Source of the DNA: a virus
Virus record (IMG/VR): IMGVR_UViG_3300045988_140174
Location: 34,574 to 98,573 of that record
Strand: one strand, 5' to 3'
DNA: 64,000 nucleotides
The first letter of the stretch is position 1; each line of letters starts with the position of its first letter. Position numbers and translations under genes: made by a program. This document shows, in pieces, positions 21,202 through 28,253 of this stretch. Below the pieces are notes generated by a model. The model made no database searches. It saw only the letters and a list, made by a program, of their open reading frames with translations, and had not been told where the DNA came from.

Positions 21202-21393
21202 ATGACAAATTTTGAACAGTATCTCGAAAACCTGATGGGTATGAAGAAAGCGGAAATCATCAACGAGGGCATCACCTGGGGCATCTGGGCGAACACCGAG
21301 GGCAACAAAGCCGAGCTGATGAAATGGAAAAAAGTGCTGCTGGCGCGTTCCCTTGCCGATAGGCTGGAAAGACTGGAAAGGCGGGGCTACTAA
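21202..21393 (+). CDS. hypothetical protein, 63 aa
   Basis: RBS AGAGAGGAGC. Confidence 0.6.
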   Translation: MTNFEQYLENLMGMKKAEIINEGITWGIWANTEGNKAELMKWKKVLLARSLADRLERLERRGY

Positions 21394-21395
21394 GA

Positions 21396-21420
21396 CAAGG
21401 GCGAAAGCCCTTGTTTTTTT
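21396..21420 (+). terminator. intrinsic terminator
   Basis: CAAGGGCGAAAGCCCTTG + T7. Confidence 0.8.
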
Positions 21421-21472
21421 ATATATGGCATTATGCCCATAATTCGGTTGAAAATTTTGGTGATTTTGCCTA

Positions 21473-21567
21473 TTGACATTCTGCCCCATTTGTGTTATAC
21501 TCGGTCGCGCGCCCACGGCCCTGATGCGCGGAAATTCCATTATACCACAGCCCAGCCAATTTGTCAA
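21473..21567. promoter_or_regulatory. composite element: plus promoter (TTGACA 21473-17-TATACT 21496), GC hairpin (21502..21531), face-to-face minus promoter (TTGACA-17-TGGTATAAT, 21539..21567 rc)
   Basis: both promoters have consensus hexamers and 17-bp spacers; they converge on a 30-nt GC stem-loop. Confidence 0.6.
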
Positions 21568-21626
21568 GCATTTTGTGTTCGGTATTTTCAACAATTTTTT
21601 GTCCCGAAATTTGTGCAATTTGACGG

Positions 21627-21655
21627 TTGACAACGCCCAGTAGGTATGCTATACT
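21627..21655 (+). promoter_or_regulatory. proximal promoter TTGACA-17-TGCTATACT
   Basis: extended -10. Confidence 0.6.
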
Positions 21656-21685
21656 TATACCATCAATTAAAGGAGGTCATTCACA

Positions 21686-21861
21686 ATGGCTACTATCGCA
21701 ATCCTCGCAATCCTCGCCCTCGCTGGCTTCGCTGGCGTTCAGTGTGTCGGCGGGGATATGGTTTATCGTCAGACGCACGACTGGCACTTCCTCGTTGGCT
21801 CTATCCTATATGGCGTTGCCTGTATCGGTCTGATGCGCTTCGTGTTCAATATGGGGTGGTA
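21686..21861 (+). CDS. small membrane protein, 58 aa, 2 transmembrane helices
   Basis: RBS AAAGGAGGTCATTCACA-ATG. Confidence 0.6.
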
Positions 21862-21863
21862 AT

Positions 21864-22187
21864 ATGGAAAACTACACTATGTCGAACCATCTGACAGAGG
21901 AGCGGGCTAACCGGCTCGCCCTCTTACAGGAATACCTCGGATATTCCGACCGCGTGATGATTGAGGTCATCGACCAACGCCAAACCGCCCGTCTGCGTTT
22001 GCTCTCGACTGGCATTATCTTGGTGCTGGACTTATATGAGAATTTCATCATCACCGCATACCCCGCAACCTTTGAACGGGCTGTCGCTATATACAAGAGT
22101 GCAGGCAAAAACCGCTTACCTCAACAGTTGGTCAAGCGCATCCGCAAGAATGAGGAACGCCACCCCGAATTTTATGTAGTAAAGTAG
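21864..22187 (+). CDS. hypothetical protein, 107 aa
   Basis: start overlaps the upstream stop (TAATATG). Confidence 0.6.
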   Translation: MENYTMSNHLTEERANRLALLQEYLGYSDRVMIEVIDQRQTARLRLLSTGIILVLDLYENFIITAYPATFERAVAIYKSAGKNRLPQQLVKRIRKNEERHPEFYVVK

Positions 22188-22193
22188 AAAATT

Positions 22194-22227
22194 GGGGCTT
22201 GACAACAAGCCCCATTTCTGCTATAAT
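22194..22227 (+). promoter_or_regulatory. promoter whose -35 (TTGACA 22199) sits in the loop of hairpin GGGGCTTG-ACAA-CAAGCCCC; -10 TATAAT 22222
   Basis: hairpin immediately 3' of the upstream gene; -10 follows after an 18-nt spacer. Confidence 0.55.
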
Positions 22228-22258
22228 GAGTATAACAAAACAAGGGAGGACGAAAAAA

Positions 22259-22588
22259 ATGTCTGATGTAATTATCGCTGGTTTGCTTATGGCTGGTCTG
22301 GTGGGTCTGCCTATTGGCTTGCTTTTTGCCATAGGGAGTGATACATGGTGGGGCAAGGTGCTGTCGTTCGTTATCTTTTGTTCCATCTTCTTCGGCTTCG
22401 GTGCTATGATAGGACAAGACCACGTCAACGATTGCAACACTTTCAACAATGGCGTGTGCGTTCAGTGTGGCGGTGAATACCGCATGAGTGGCGCAACTCG
22501 CACCCGTATGGGAAGCGAAACATTTTACTACACCTGTGAAAACTGCGGTTGGACTATTGAGACTAACGGTCTGATGAACAAACACTAA
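22259..22588 (+). CDS. membrane protein with C-terminal zinc ribbon, 109 aa
   Basis: RBS AAGGGAGGACG; two transmembrane helices, then CVQCGG...CENCG. Confidence 0.6.
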   Translation: MSDVIIAGLLMAGLVGLPIGLLFAIGSDTWWGKVLSFVIFCSIFFGFGAMIGQDHVNDCNTFNNGVCVQCGGEYRMSGATRTRMGSETFYYTCENCGWTIETNGLMNKH

Positions 22589-22601
22589 GGAGGGAAACAA
22601 A

Positions 22602-22829
22602 ATGGAAATTATTAAAGCCCCTATCTATGTCAAAATGACAGAGGAGGAACGGAAAACCCTGCGTGACGCCTATGACATTCTGAATGAATTGTATGACATT
22701 ATCCACGATAATGACTGCGAGTATGTGAGCGATACTTGCGGAAATGGCTATGACAGAGTGGACGTCGCGCTTACGGCTAATGTGCTTCAAATGCTTGCCC
22801 CCACTGAAAAAGTGGAAATCGGCAAATGA
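22602..22829 (+). CDS. hypothetical protein, 75 aa (paralog of 22845..23075)
   Basis: RBS AAGGAGGGAAACAAA-ATG. Confidence 0.6.
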   Translation: MEIIKAPIYVKMTEEERKTLRDAYDILNELYDIIHDNDCEYVSDTCGNGYDRVDVALTANVLQMLAPTEKVEIGK

Positions 22830-22844
22830 AAGGAGGTAAAACAA

Positions 22845-23075
22845 ATGAACATCATTACCTCAAATGTTCAGGTTCAACTCACCCAAGAGGAAAAGGACAA
22901 ACTTCAAGACGCCCGCGAGGTCATTTCTCACCTGTTTGATTTGATGTATGACTACGAACAAGAATACGCTATTTCCAACATCGGCGAAGAGTATTCTATG
23001 AGCCAAGTCCGTGATACCTCAAACCTGCTGGCCGCGCTTATCGGGTCTGATAAAATGCGGTTAGAAAATAAATAA
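22845..23075 (+). CDS. hypothetical protein, 76 aa (paralog of 22602..22829)
   Basis: RBS AAAGGAGGTAAAACAA-ATG; shared pattern ..T.EE...L.DA.....L..L.D.D.EY. Confidence 0.6.
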   Translation: MNIITSNVQVQLTQEEKDKLQDAREVISHLFDLMYDYEQEYAISNIGEEYSMSQVRDTSNLLAALIGSDKMRLENK

Positions 23076-23080
23076 AAAAA

Positions 23081-23105
23081 TGTGGGAGAAATCCCACATT
23101 TTTTA
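23081..23105 (+). terminator. intrinsic terminator
   Basis: TGTGGGAGAAATCCCACA + T6, abutting the next -35. Confidence 0.75.
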
Positions 23106-23134
23106 TTGACAACAACCAAGAGGTGTGGTATAAT
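23106..23134 (+). promoter_or_regulatory. promoter TTGACA-17-TGGTATAAT
   Basis: consensus. Confidence 0.65.
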
Positions 23135-23164
23135 AAATACATCAAATAAAGGAGGATACCCCGA

Positions 23165-23371
23165 ATGACTATTTTTGAAATCAGAACTGAACTGGCCGAC
23201 CGTTATTGCGTAAAGCCTGACAAGGTAAGATGTTCCAACTGTGAATATTGGGGTTATAACCGCGGTAAGGTAATGAACAGTATGGGCGAGAGTAAATGTA
23301 TGAAGCGAAAGAACGAGCGCACCTGGTGTCGTCAATTCTGCCGGGGTTTCGTTCCAAAATCGGGAAAGTAA
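23165..23371 (+). CDS. Cys-rich small protein, 68 aa
   Basis: RBS AAAGGAGGATACCCCGA-ATG; CSNCEYW...CMKRK..WCRQFC. Confidence 0.6.
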   Translation: MTIFEIRTELADRYCVKPDKVRCSNCEYWGYNRGKVMNSMGESKCMKRKNERTWCRQFCRGFVPKSGK

Positions 23372-23376
23372 ATCAT

Positions 23377-23412
23377 TTGGGCTGGATGAACAAAAATCCA
23401 GCCCAATTTTTG
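23377..23412 (+). terminator. intrinsic terminator
   Basis: TTGGGCTGGATGAACAAAAATCCAGCCCAA + T-run. Confidence 0.75.
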
Positions 23413-23425
23413 TATAATTTTCCAC

Positions 23426-23479
23426 TTGACATTTTCGGCCGCGCGCTCACGATTGTGGCGCCCGGCATTTTTGTCAATA
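23426..23479. promoter_or_regulatory. degenerate copy of the promoter/hairpin/antisense-promoter element (TTGACA 23426; hairpin about 23436..23466; inverted TTGACA 23471..23479 without a good -10)
   Basis: hairpin loop TCACGATTGTG is shared with the copy at 31537..31561. Confidence 0.45.
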
Positions 23480-23525
23480 GGCATACTTCACAAATTTTTC
23501 GCCGCAATTTTGTGCATTTTGACGA

Positions 23526-23554
23526 TTGACTTCTATCCCGTAATACGGTATAAT
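23526..23554 (+). promoter_or_regulatory. proximal promoter TTGACT-17-TATAAT
   Basis: leader GGTATAATGGCTATACTGAAACAAGGAGGTAAG is shared with the 27195 gene. Confidence 0.6.
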
Positions 23555-23583
23555 GGCTATACTGAAACAAGGAGGTAAGAACA

Positions 23584-23802
23584 ATGGAGTTGAAGAAAGC
23601 GTATCAGATGGTGTTCAGCGACCTGCGCGAATGCCCTATGTTCCAAGGGCGTTATGATGCCATCAACGGCAATCCCTATTATATGTCCGGCATTGAGACG
23701 GTTATGGAAGTCATCGCCAATCGCGCCTATAATGATGATTTCGCCGAGCGGTTCTCCAATGAATTTACCGACAATATGTTAAGGAGTAGAAAAAATGTCT
23801 GA
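23584..23802 (+). CDS. hypothetical protein, 72 aa
   Basis: RBS AAGGAGGTAAGAACA-ATG. Confidence 0.65.
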   Translation: MELKKAYQMVFSDLRECPMFQGRYDAINGNPYYMSGIETVMEVIANRAYNDDFAERFSNEFTDNMLRSRKNV

Positions 23803-24166
23803 TTTTCAGAAGCAAACCCTCAAAAGGTATGGGCACAATTTCCTCATTGTGTGCGGTTTCGGTTTGCTGGTGTATGGTATGATAAAGTCCACACTGGTGC
23901 TATACGCAACAGTTGCGATTATGGTACTAACTATCGTAGGCGCGTGTATATGGTCTATGGTAGACTCTGTTCGCTGGGACTGGCGGTTGCGCGGTAAGCT
24001 AACAGAGAGCGAGTATAAGGCATACCAGTCCTGTGAAAGAGTTTTCGGCTGGCGTGATGATAAATACCTGCCGACTGAGGAACAAATTTACGCTATGGCG
24101 ATGGAAACATCTATTGACAAAGATGTGCTATGGAGTATGTATAACAAACTGACGGAGGGGCATTAA
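23795..24166 (+). CDS. membrane protein, 123 aa
   Basis: overlaps the upstream gene by 8 nt; two transmembrane helices. Confidence 0.6.
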   Translation: MSDFQKQTLKRYGHNFLIVCGFGLLVYGMIKSTLVLYATVAIMVLTIVGACIWSMVDSVRWDWRLRGKLTESEYKAYQSCERVFGWRDDKYLPTEEQIYAMAMETSIDKDVLWSMYNKLTEGH

Positions 24167-24252
24167 CGCCCCTCTTGTTGGGTTTAGTTCTGACTAACTA
24201 CACGGAACAAAAAATTAGTCCTGTGAGAATTTAACTACAACAAAAATTTTTC

Positions 24253-24281
24253 TTGACATTTTCAATTAAATGTGTTATTAT
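24253..24281 (+). promoter_or_regulatory. promoter TTGACA-17-TATTAT
   Basis: consensus -35. Confidence 0.5.
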
Positions 24282-24312
24282 TATAATAGAAATTAAGAAA
24301 GGAATTGATACT

Positions 24313-24513
24313 ATGAACATCCCCTCTAAGCTGAAACAAGTTGCTAATGAGTTGGAGCAACTGTCAATCGAAATCGCCGCAGAAAAGAAAAACCTGTCCA
24401 ACAGTGAGGACAAGCAAGCCGCTCAAAATTTGAGCGATGATTTGTTTGAAATCCAGTCCCATTTACGTACATCTATGTACTGGGTGGCGGAAGCTATGTT
24501 TGGGGAGGAGTGA
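24313..24513 (+). CDS. hypothetical protein, 66 aa
   Basis: RBS GAAAGGAATTGATACT-ATG; this leader sequence recurs at 29013 and 30202. Confidence 0.6.
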   Translation: MNIPSKLKQVANELEQLSIEIAAEKKNLSNSEDKQAAQNLSDDLFEIQSHLRTSMYWVAEAMFGEE

Positions 24514-24989
24514 TGACTATGAATGCTATTATTCTATTCATTGTTTGCACCGCTGTGAATGTGGTGCTGTCCACCATCAAATCCATTTTGACTGTCAAAG
24601 GCAATAAATGGGTTGCCGCTGGTATCAATGCGCTGACTTATGGCTTCTATTCCTATGTCATTATCCTGACCAACATTGACGGCGTTTCTACGCTGGCAAA
24701 GATGGGCATTACCGCCGCCTGTAATTTCGTTGGTGTGCTGGCGGTCAAATGGGTTGAGGAGCTGGCGCGCAAAGAAAAACTGTGGAAGATTGAAATGACT
24801 GTTCCCACTAAATACCGAGCCGCTGTGGATTTTGACCTGCGAGACATTCCACATTCATACATTGAGATTAGCAACAAACACACGCTATTCAATTTCTATT
24901 GTGCCACGCAAGCCGAGAGCAAAAAGGTCAAGGACATTGTGGCGCAGTATGGCGCAAAATATTTCGTAGCAGAAAGCAAAAATTTATAA
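24510..24989 (+). CDS. membrane protein, 159 aa (N-terminal 3 transmembrane helices)
   Basis: RBS GGGGAGGAG; overlapping start. Confidence 0.6.
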   Translation: MMTMNAIILFIVCTAVNVVLSTIKSILTVKGNKWVAAGINALTYGFYSYVIILTNIDGVSTLAKMGITAACNFVGVLAVKWVEELARKEKLWKIEMTVPTKYRAAVDFDLRDIPHSYIEISNKHTLFNFYCATQAESKKVKDIVAQYGAKYFVAESKNL

Positions 24990-24997
24990 AATAGGGG

Positions 24998-25026
24998 TTG
25001 ACAAATCAGTCCCTCTGTGTTAGAAT
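24998..25026 (+). promoter_or_regulatory. promoter TTGACA-17-TGTTAGAAT
   Basis: extended -10. Confidence 0.55.
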
Positions 25027-25056
25027 GGTATCATCAAATAAGGGAGGACAACAAAA

Positions 25057-25206
25057 ATGGAAATGATTAAAGTTTTCAATGACCACACCGGCGAAATCCT
25101 CGAAAAGACGTTCGTAGACCCCGCAGACGCGGACGACTTCGAGTTCATTCTCGACTTCCTTGAAGCGAGATACGAACGCTACCACAACGGCGAACAAATC
25201 TATTAA
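25057..25206 (+). CDS. acidic small protein, 49 aa
   Basis: RBS AAGGGAGGACAACAAAA-ATG. Confidence 0.55.
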   Translation: MEMIKVFNDHTGEILEKTFVDPADADDFEFILDFLEARYERYHNGEQIY

Positions 25207-25219
25207 GGAGGTTGCGACA

Positions 25220-25417
25220 ATGGAGACCAAAGATGTGTACTACAACGTTGAGTGGTGGGGCATAACTACTTGGGGCGAACGCTTCACTAATAGCGAGTAG
25301 TTCAAGAACGAAAACGAAACACTGTCGTTCATCGCAAATGACCTGGCAAATGACCCGCTTGTTCGCGGAGCGACCTTCACCACACACAAAACCATCGTAT
25401 TTAAGAGAGGAGAATAA
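25220..25417 (+). CDS. hypothetical protein, 65 aa if the in-frame TAG at 25298..25300 is read through (26 aa if it is a stop)
   Basis: RBS AAGGAGGTTGCGACA-ATG; the frame stays open after the TAG and ends at TAA overlapping the next RBS. Confidence 0.4.
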
Positions 25418-25418
25418 A

Positions 25419-25625
25419 ATGATTACTATTCTGATAACGGTTATTGCCCTCGGCATTTCGTTCCTGTTTACTGCTGGGCTGGTCTGGCTTCTCTGCTGGC
25501 TTCTCCCTGCTATCGGCATCGCGTCCATCGGCTCTATCGCCATCGTGTTTTCGTGGAAACTGGCGTTGGTGATTTGGCTCATTATCGCGCTCCTGCGCTC
25601 CATCTTCGTTAGCGTTAAGAGTTAA
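25419..25625 (+). CDS. small membrane protein, 68 aa
   Basis: RBS AAGAGAGGAGAATAAA-ATG; entirely hydrophobic. Confidence 0.6.
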   Translation: MITILITVIALGISFLFTAGLVWLLCWLLPAIGIASIGSIAIVFSWKLALVIWLIIALLRSIFVSVKS

Positions 25626-25673
25626 TTGAAAAATCTCCCAAATTTGGGAAATTTTTTTTGTCTATTTTACCTA

Positions 25674-25769
25674 TTGACAAACACCCCCCATTTGTGGTAT
25701 ACTCGGCCGAGCGCCCACGGCCCTGGCGCTCGAAATTTCTATTATACACCCTGCCAGCAATTTTGTCAA
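25674..25769. promoter_or_regulatory. composite element: plus promoter (TTGACA 25674-17-TATACT 25698), hairpin (25706..25732), face-to-face minus promoter (25741..25769 rc, TTGACA-17-TATAAT)
   Basis: consensus hexamers on both strands; minus-promoter spacer identical to the copy at 28167..28195. Confidence 0.6.
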
Positions 25770-25849
25770 TAGATAAATTGAACAAATTTACCCAAGCGCG
25801 CATCCCGAAAGTTTGTGCAAAATGACCAAGAGCAAAACCGAAAAAACTG

Positions 25850-25878
25850 TTGACAAATTGCGTTTTATCCTGTATAAT
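25850..25878 (+). promoter_or_regulatory. proximal promoter TTGACA-17-TATAAT
   Basis: consensus. Confidence 0.65.
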
Positions 25879-25909
25879 AGCATTACAATCAAGAAAGGAA
25901 GTTGATACA

Positions 25910-26356
25910 ATGACTATTTATCTGGACATGGACGGCACTATCGCGGGGATTTACAACGACCCTAACTGGTTGGCAAAGCTGGAAGCCTCTGACGTGAGTG
26001 TATATGCGGACGCCTGCCCGCTTGTTCACTTCTCCACCCTCGCCCGCTATCTGAACCGCTTACAGGCGCGGGGCTACCGCATCGGCATCATTAGCTGGCT
26101 GTCCAAGAGCGGAACGGATAAGTTCAACGCCGAGGTTGCCGAGGTCAAGCGCGAATGGCTGGCAAAGCATCTCCACAGCGTTCAGTGGGACGAAATTCAT
26201 ATTGTCCCCTATGGCGTTCCCAAGTCCAACTGCGCGACCTGCCCCAACGCGATTTTGTTCGATGACGAACAGCGCAACCTCAACGAGTGGATGGCAAACA
26301 CCCATAATATGGCGTACAATGCTGACCTCCTGATGGAAATTTTGCGAAACCTGTAA
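25910..26356 (+). CDS. HAD-superfamily phosphatase, probable 5'(3')-deoxyribonucleotidase-like, 148 aa
   Basis: motif I YLDMDGTIA (DxDGT) and C-terminal ILFDDE; RBS AGAAAGGAAGTTGATACA-ATG. Confidence 0.65.
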   Translation: MTIYLDMDGTIAGIYNDPNWLAKLEASDVSVYADACPLVHFSTLARYLNRLQARGYRIGIISWLSKSGTDKFNAEVAEVKREWLAKHLHSVQWDEIHIVPYGVPKSNCATCPNAILFDDEQRNLNEWMANTHNMAYNADLLMEILRNL

Positions 26357-26362
26357 AAAAAA

Positions 26363-26404
26363 TAGCAGACAGGGGTTGACAACCTCGCCCCTGTCTGCTA
26401 TAAT
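26363..26404 (+). promoter_or_regulatory. promoter with the -35 inside a hairpin loop (AGCAGACAGGGG-TTGACAACCTCG-CCCCTGTCTGCT) then TATAAT
   Basis: 12-bp stem; TTGACA 26376; TATAAT 26399. Confidence 0.6.
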
Positions 26405-26416
26405 ATGTAATGTAAT

Positions 26417-26462
26417 TAAGGTATGGGAAACGATGGTAAGCCCAACCAAGAGAAAAGGAGAA
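26417..26462 (+). promoter_or_regulatory. conserved 5' leader motif (copy 1)
   Basis: AAGGTATGGGAAACGATGGTAAGCCCAACCAAGAGAAAAGGAGAAA; near-identical copy at 27470..27520; contains a short upstream ORF. Confidence 0.5.
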
Positions 26463-26469
26463 ATGAACA

Positions 26470-27126
26470 ATGAAAAATATCTACTGCACGCTGGACACTG
26501 AAACGGTAGGCGGCGCGGCTCACCCCACGGGAATGTATAATGTGGGTGCGATTATCCACGACCGCAAGGGCGAAATCCTCGCCACCACGTCCCTGCTGGT
26601 GATGGAGCATTATGACGAAATCGCCCTCGATGGCTACGCCAAGAAGAATTTTCCGGTATATGCCGAACGGCTCAAAACTGGCGAAATCTCCGCTATCGCC
26701 ACGGAGCGCGAAGCCTATGAGGTAGTCAAAAACCTGTGCGACCATTACGGTGTCCGCTATGTGATGGCATACAATTCCGGTTTTGACTTCTGCAAGACCT
26801 GTTTCCGCGCCCTGCTGGATAATTTCGAGTTCATCGACCTGTATCTGATGGCACTGGAAACTATCACCCACAAAAAGTCCTATGCAGAATACTGCCGAGA
26901 GCATGGCAAGCGTTCCAAGAATGGCAAGACCTGTGCAACCTCTGTCGAAGCGGTGTATGGTTATCTCCACGATAACCCCGACTTTTCCGAAGAACACACC
27001 GCCCTGTCTGACGCTATGCAGGAAATGGAAATTTTCCTTGCCTGTCAGAAGATGCACAAGCGATACACCAAGAACGTCCACGCATGGGATGCGCCCTTTG
27101 AGGTAAAATGTTTTCCCAAGTTTTGA
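26470..27126 (+). CDS. DEDDh 3'-5' exonuclease (DnaQ/RNase T-like), 218 aa
   Basis: Exo I CTLDTETVG, Exo II YVMAYNSGFDFCKT, Exo III YGYLHDNPDFSEEHTALSDAMQ. Confidence 0.75.
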   Translation: MKNIYCTLDTETVGGAAHPTGMYNVGAIIHDRKGEILATTSLLVMEHYDEIALDGYAKKNFPVYAERLKTGEISAIATEREAYEVVKNLCDHYGVRYVMAYNSGFDFCKTCFRALLDNFEFIDLYLMALETITHKKSYAEYCREHGKRSKNGKTCATSVEAVYGYLHDNPDFSEEHTALSDAMQEMEIFLACQKMHKRYTKNVHAWDAPFEVKCFPKF

Positions 27127-27130
27127 GAAT

Positions 27131-27164
27131 GGGGCTTGACAGCCCCTTTCTCATGTGGTATAAT
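27131..27164 (+). promoter_or_regulatory. promoter with the -35 in a hairpin loop (GGGGC-TTGACA-GCCCC) then TGGTATAAT
   Basis: TTGACA 27136, TATAAT 27159. Confidence 0.6.
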
Positions 27165-27194
27165 GACTATACTGAAACAAGGAGGTAAGCGCAA

Positions 27195-27407
27195 ATGCCT
27201 AAGCAGGTTCTTTTCAAGAGCGACCATTCAGATGGCGTTCAGGCAGGCATTCAGGAAGATAACGGAAATATTATCTGTGCCTGTTGCGGTGGAGTGTTTG
27301 AAGCCGAGGAAGCTACCATTCTCCATGAGTTCGACTATTGGGTTGACTTTTCGGAATGGATTGGCGACCCTGACCTGACTGAGTATCGCAAGCACGATAC
27401 CCCGTAA
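27195..27407 (+). CDS. hypothetical protein, 70 aa
   Basis: RBS CAAGGAGGTAAGCGCAA-ATG; CACCGG motif. Confidence 0.6.
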   Translation: MPKQVLFKSDHSDGVQAGIQEDNGNIICACCGGVFEAEEATILHEFDYWVDFSEWIGDPDLTEYRKHDTP

Positions 27408-27416
27408 AAAAAGTTT

Positions 27417-27455
27417 GGAATGGGGGTTGACAACGCCCCCATTCCATGCTATAAT
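27417..27455 (+). promoter_or_regulatory. promoter with the -35 in a hairpin loop (GGAATGGGGG-TTGACAAC-GCCCCCATTCC) then TATAAT
   Basis: TTGACA 27427, TATAAT 27450. Confidence 0.6.
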
Positions 27456-27469
27456 AACATTACAAATTC

Positions 27470-27520
27470 AAGGTAGGGGAAACGATGGTAAGCCCCACCA
27501 ATAGAAAAGGAGAAAAAAAA
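27470..27520 (+). promoter_or_regulatory. conserved 5' leader motif (copy 2)
   Basis: AAGGTAGGGGAAACGATGGTAAGCCCCACCAATAGAAAAGGAGAAAAAAAA. Confidence 0.5.
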
Positions 27521-27522
27521 CT

Positions 27523-28053
27523 ATGAAAGCTCGCTATGCTAACCTGACTAACTTCAATCGCACTGTCAAGACCTACAAGTGGCTGGTAGACCTGTTCGGA
27601 AGTAAGGAGTTCTCCTCTGAGGACTTCAAACAGGCAAAGCGCAAGTATCGGTGGTACACCTACAATTCCCTTGCGTTTCTGCGGGACGAGGGTATCATCA
27701 AGGTAGTTCGCACCGAACAGACCACCAAGGAAATTAATCTGCGTCCGTGGGAAGCGGACATTTGGATGATTGACAAGGATGGCAACGCCCTGATGACCGA
27801 GTATGACTGGGTGCGTTTGCCGGACGTGGCGCAGAACGCTCTGCGGACTATAAATGGACAGAATTTCCGCACGGAGCGCAAGGACACCAAGACCGTGGAA
27901 GTGGAAAAGTCCATTTACACAGTCAATCCTGATGGTATGCTGGCATGGCGCAAGAGGTATGGGCGTCTGTTGGCTGAAAGGGCTGACGCGCTGGCGGGCG
28001 AAATCGCAAACCTGAACGAAAAGCGGGACGCATTTCTCGCTTGTCAGCTCTAA
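27523..28053 (+). CDS. hypothetical protein, 176 aa
   Basis: ORF with RBS in the conserved leader. Confidence 0.65.
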   Translation: MKARYANLTNFNRTVKTYKWLVDLFGSKEFSSEDFKQAKRKYRWYTYNSLAFLRDEGIIKVVRTEQTTKEINLRPWEADIWMIDKDGNALMTEYDWVRLPDVAQNALRTINGQNFRTERKDTKTVEVEKSIYTVNPDGMLAWRKRYGRLLAERADALAGEIANLNEKRDAFLACQL

Positions 28054-28058
28054 CAAAA

Positions 28059-28086
28059 ATGAGGGGAAAATTCCCCTCATTTTTTG
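28059..28086 (+). terminator. intrinsic terminator
   Basis: ATGAGGGGAAAATTCCCCTCAT + T6. Confidence 0.8.
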
Positions 28087-28100
28087 TATAATTTTCCCTA

Positions 28101-28195
28101 TTGACAAACGCGCCTGGGCATGGTATAATGGCCGGCCGATTTCGCGCGTCTCGGCCGGAATTCACCATTATACACCCTGCCAGCAATTTTGTCAA
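28101..28195. promoter_or_regulatory. composite element: plus promoter (TTGACA 28101-17-TATAAT 28124), hairpin GGCCGGCCGA-N11-TCGGCCGG (28130..28158), face-to-face minus promoter (28167..28195 rc)
   Basis: consensus hexamers with 17-bp spacers on both strands. Confidence 0.6.
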
Positions 28196-28253
28196 GAGTT
28201 TTTTTGCACAAATTTTTTTATTTATTTTTCCCGAAACTTGTATAGTTTGCCTA

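Noticed and set aside
24534-28107. Long minus-strand ORFs in the GC-rich block (24534..24854, 25145..25603, 26060..26470, 26416..27081, 27460..28107)
   Set aside because: They are antisense to plus-strand genes with promoters, RBSs and conserved domains (HAD, DEDDh exonuclease). Open antisense frames are expected at 50% GC.
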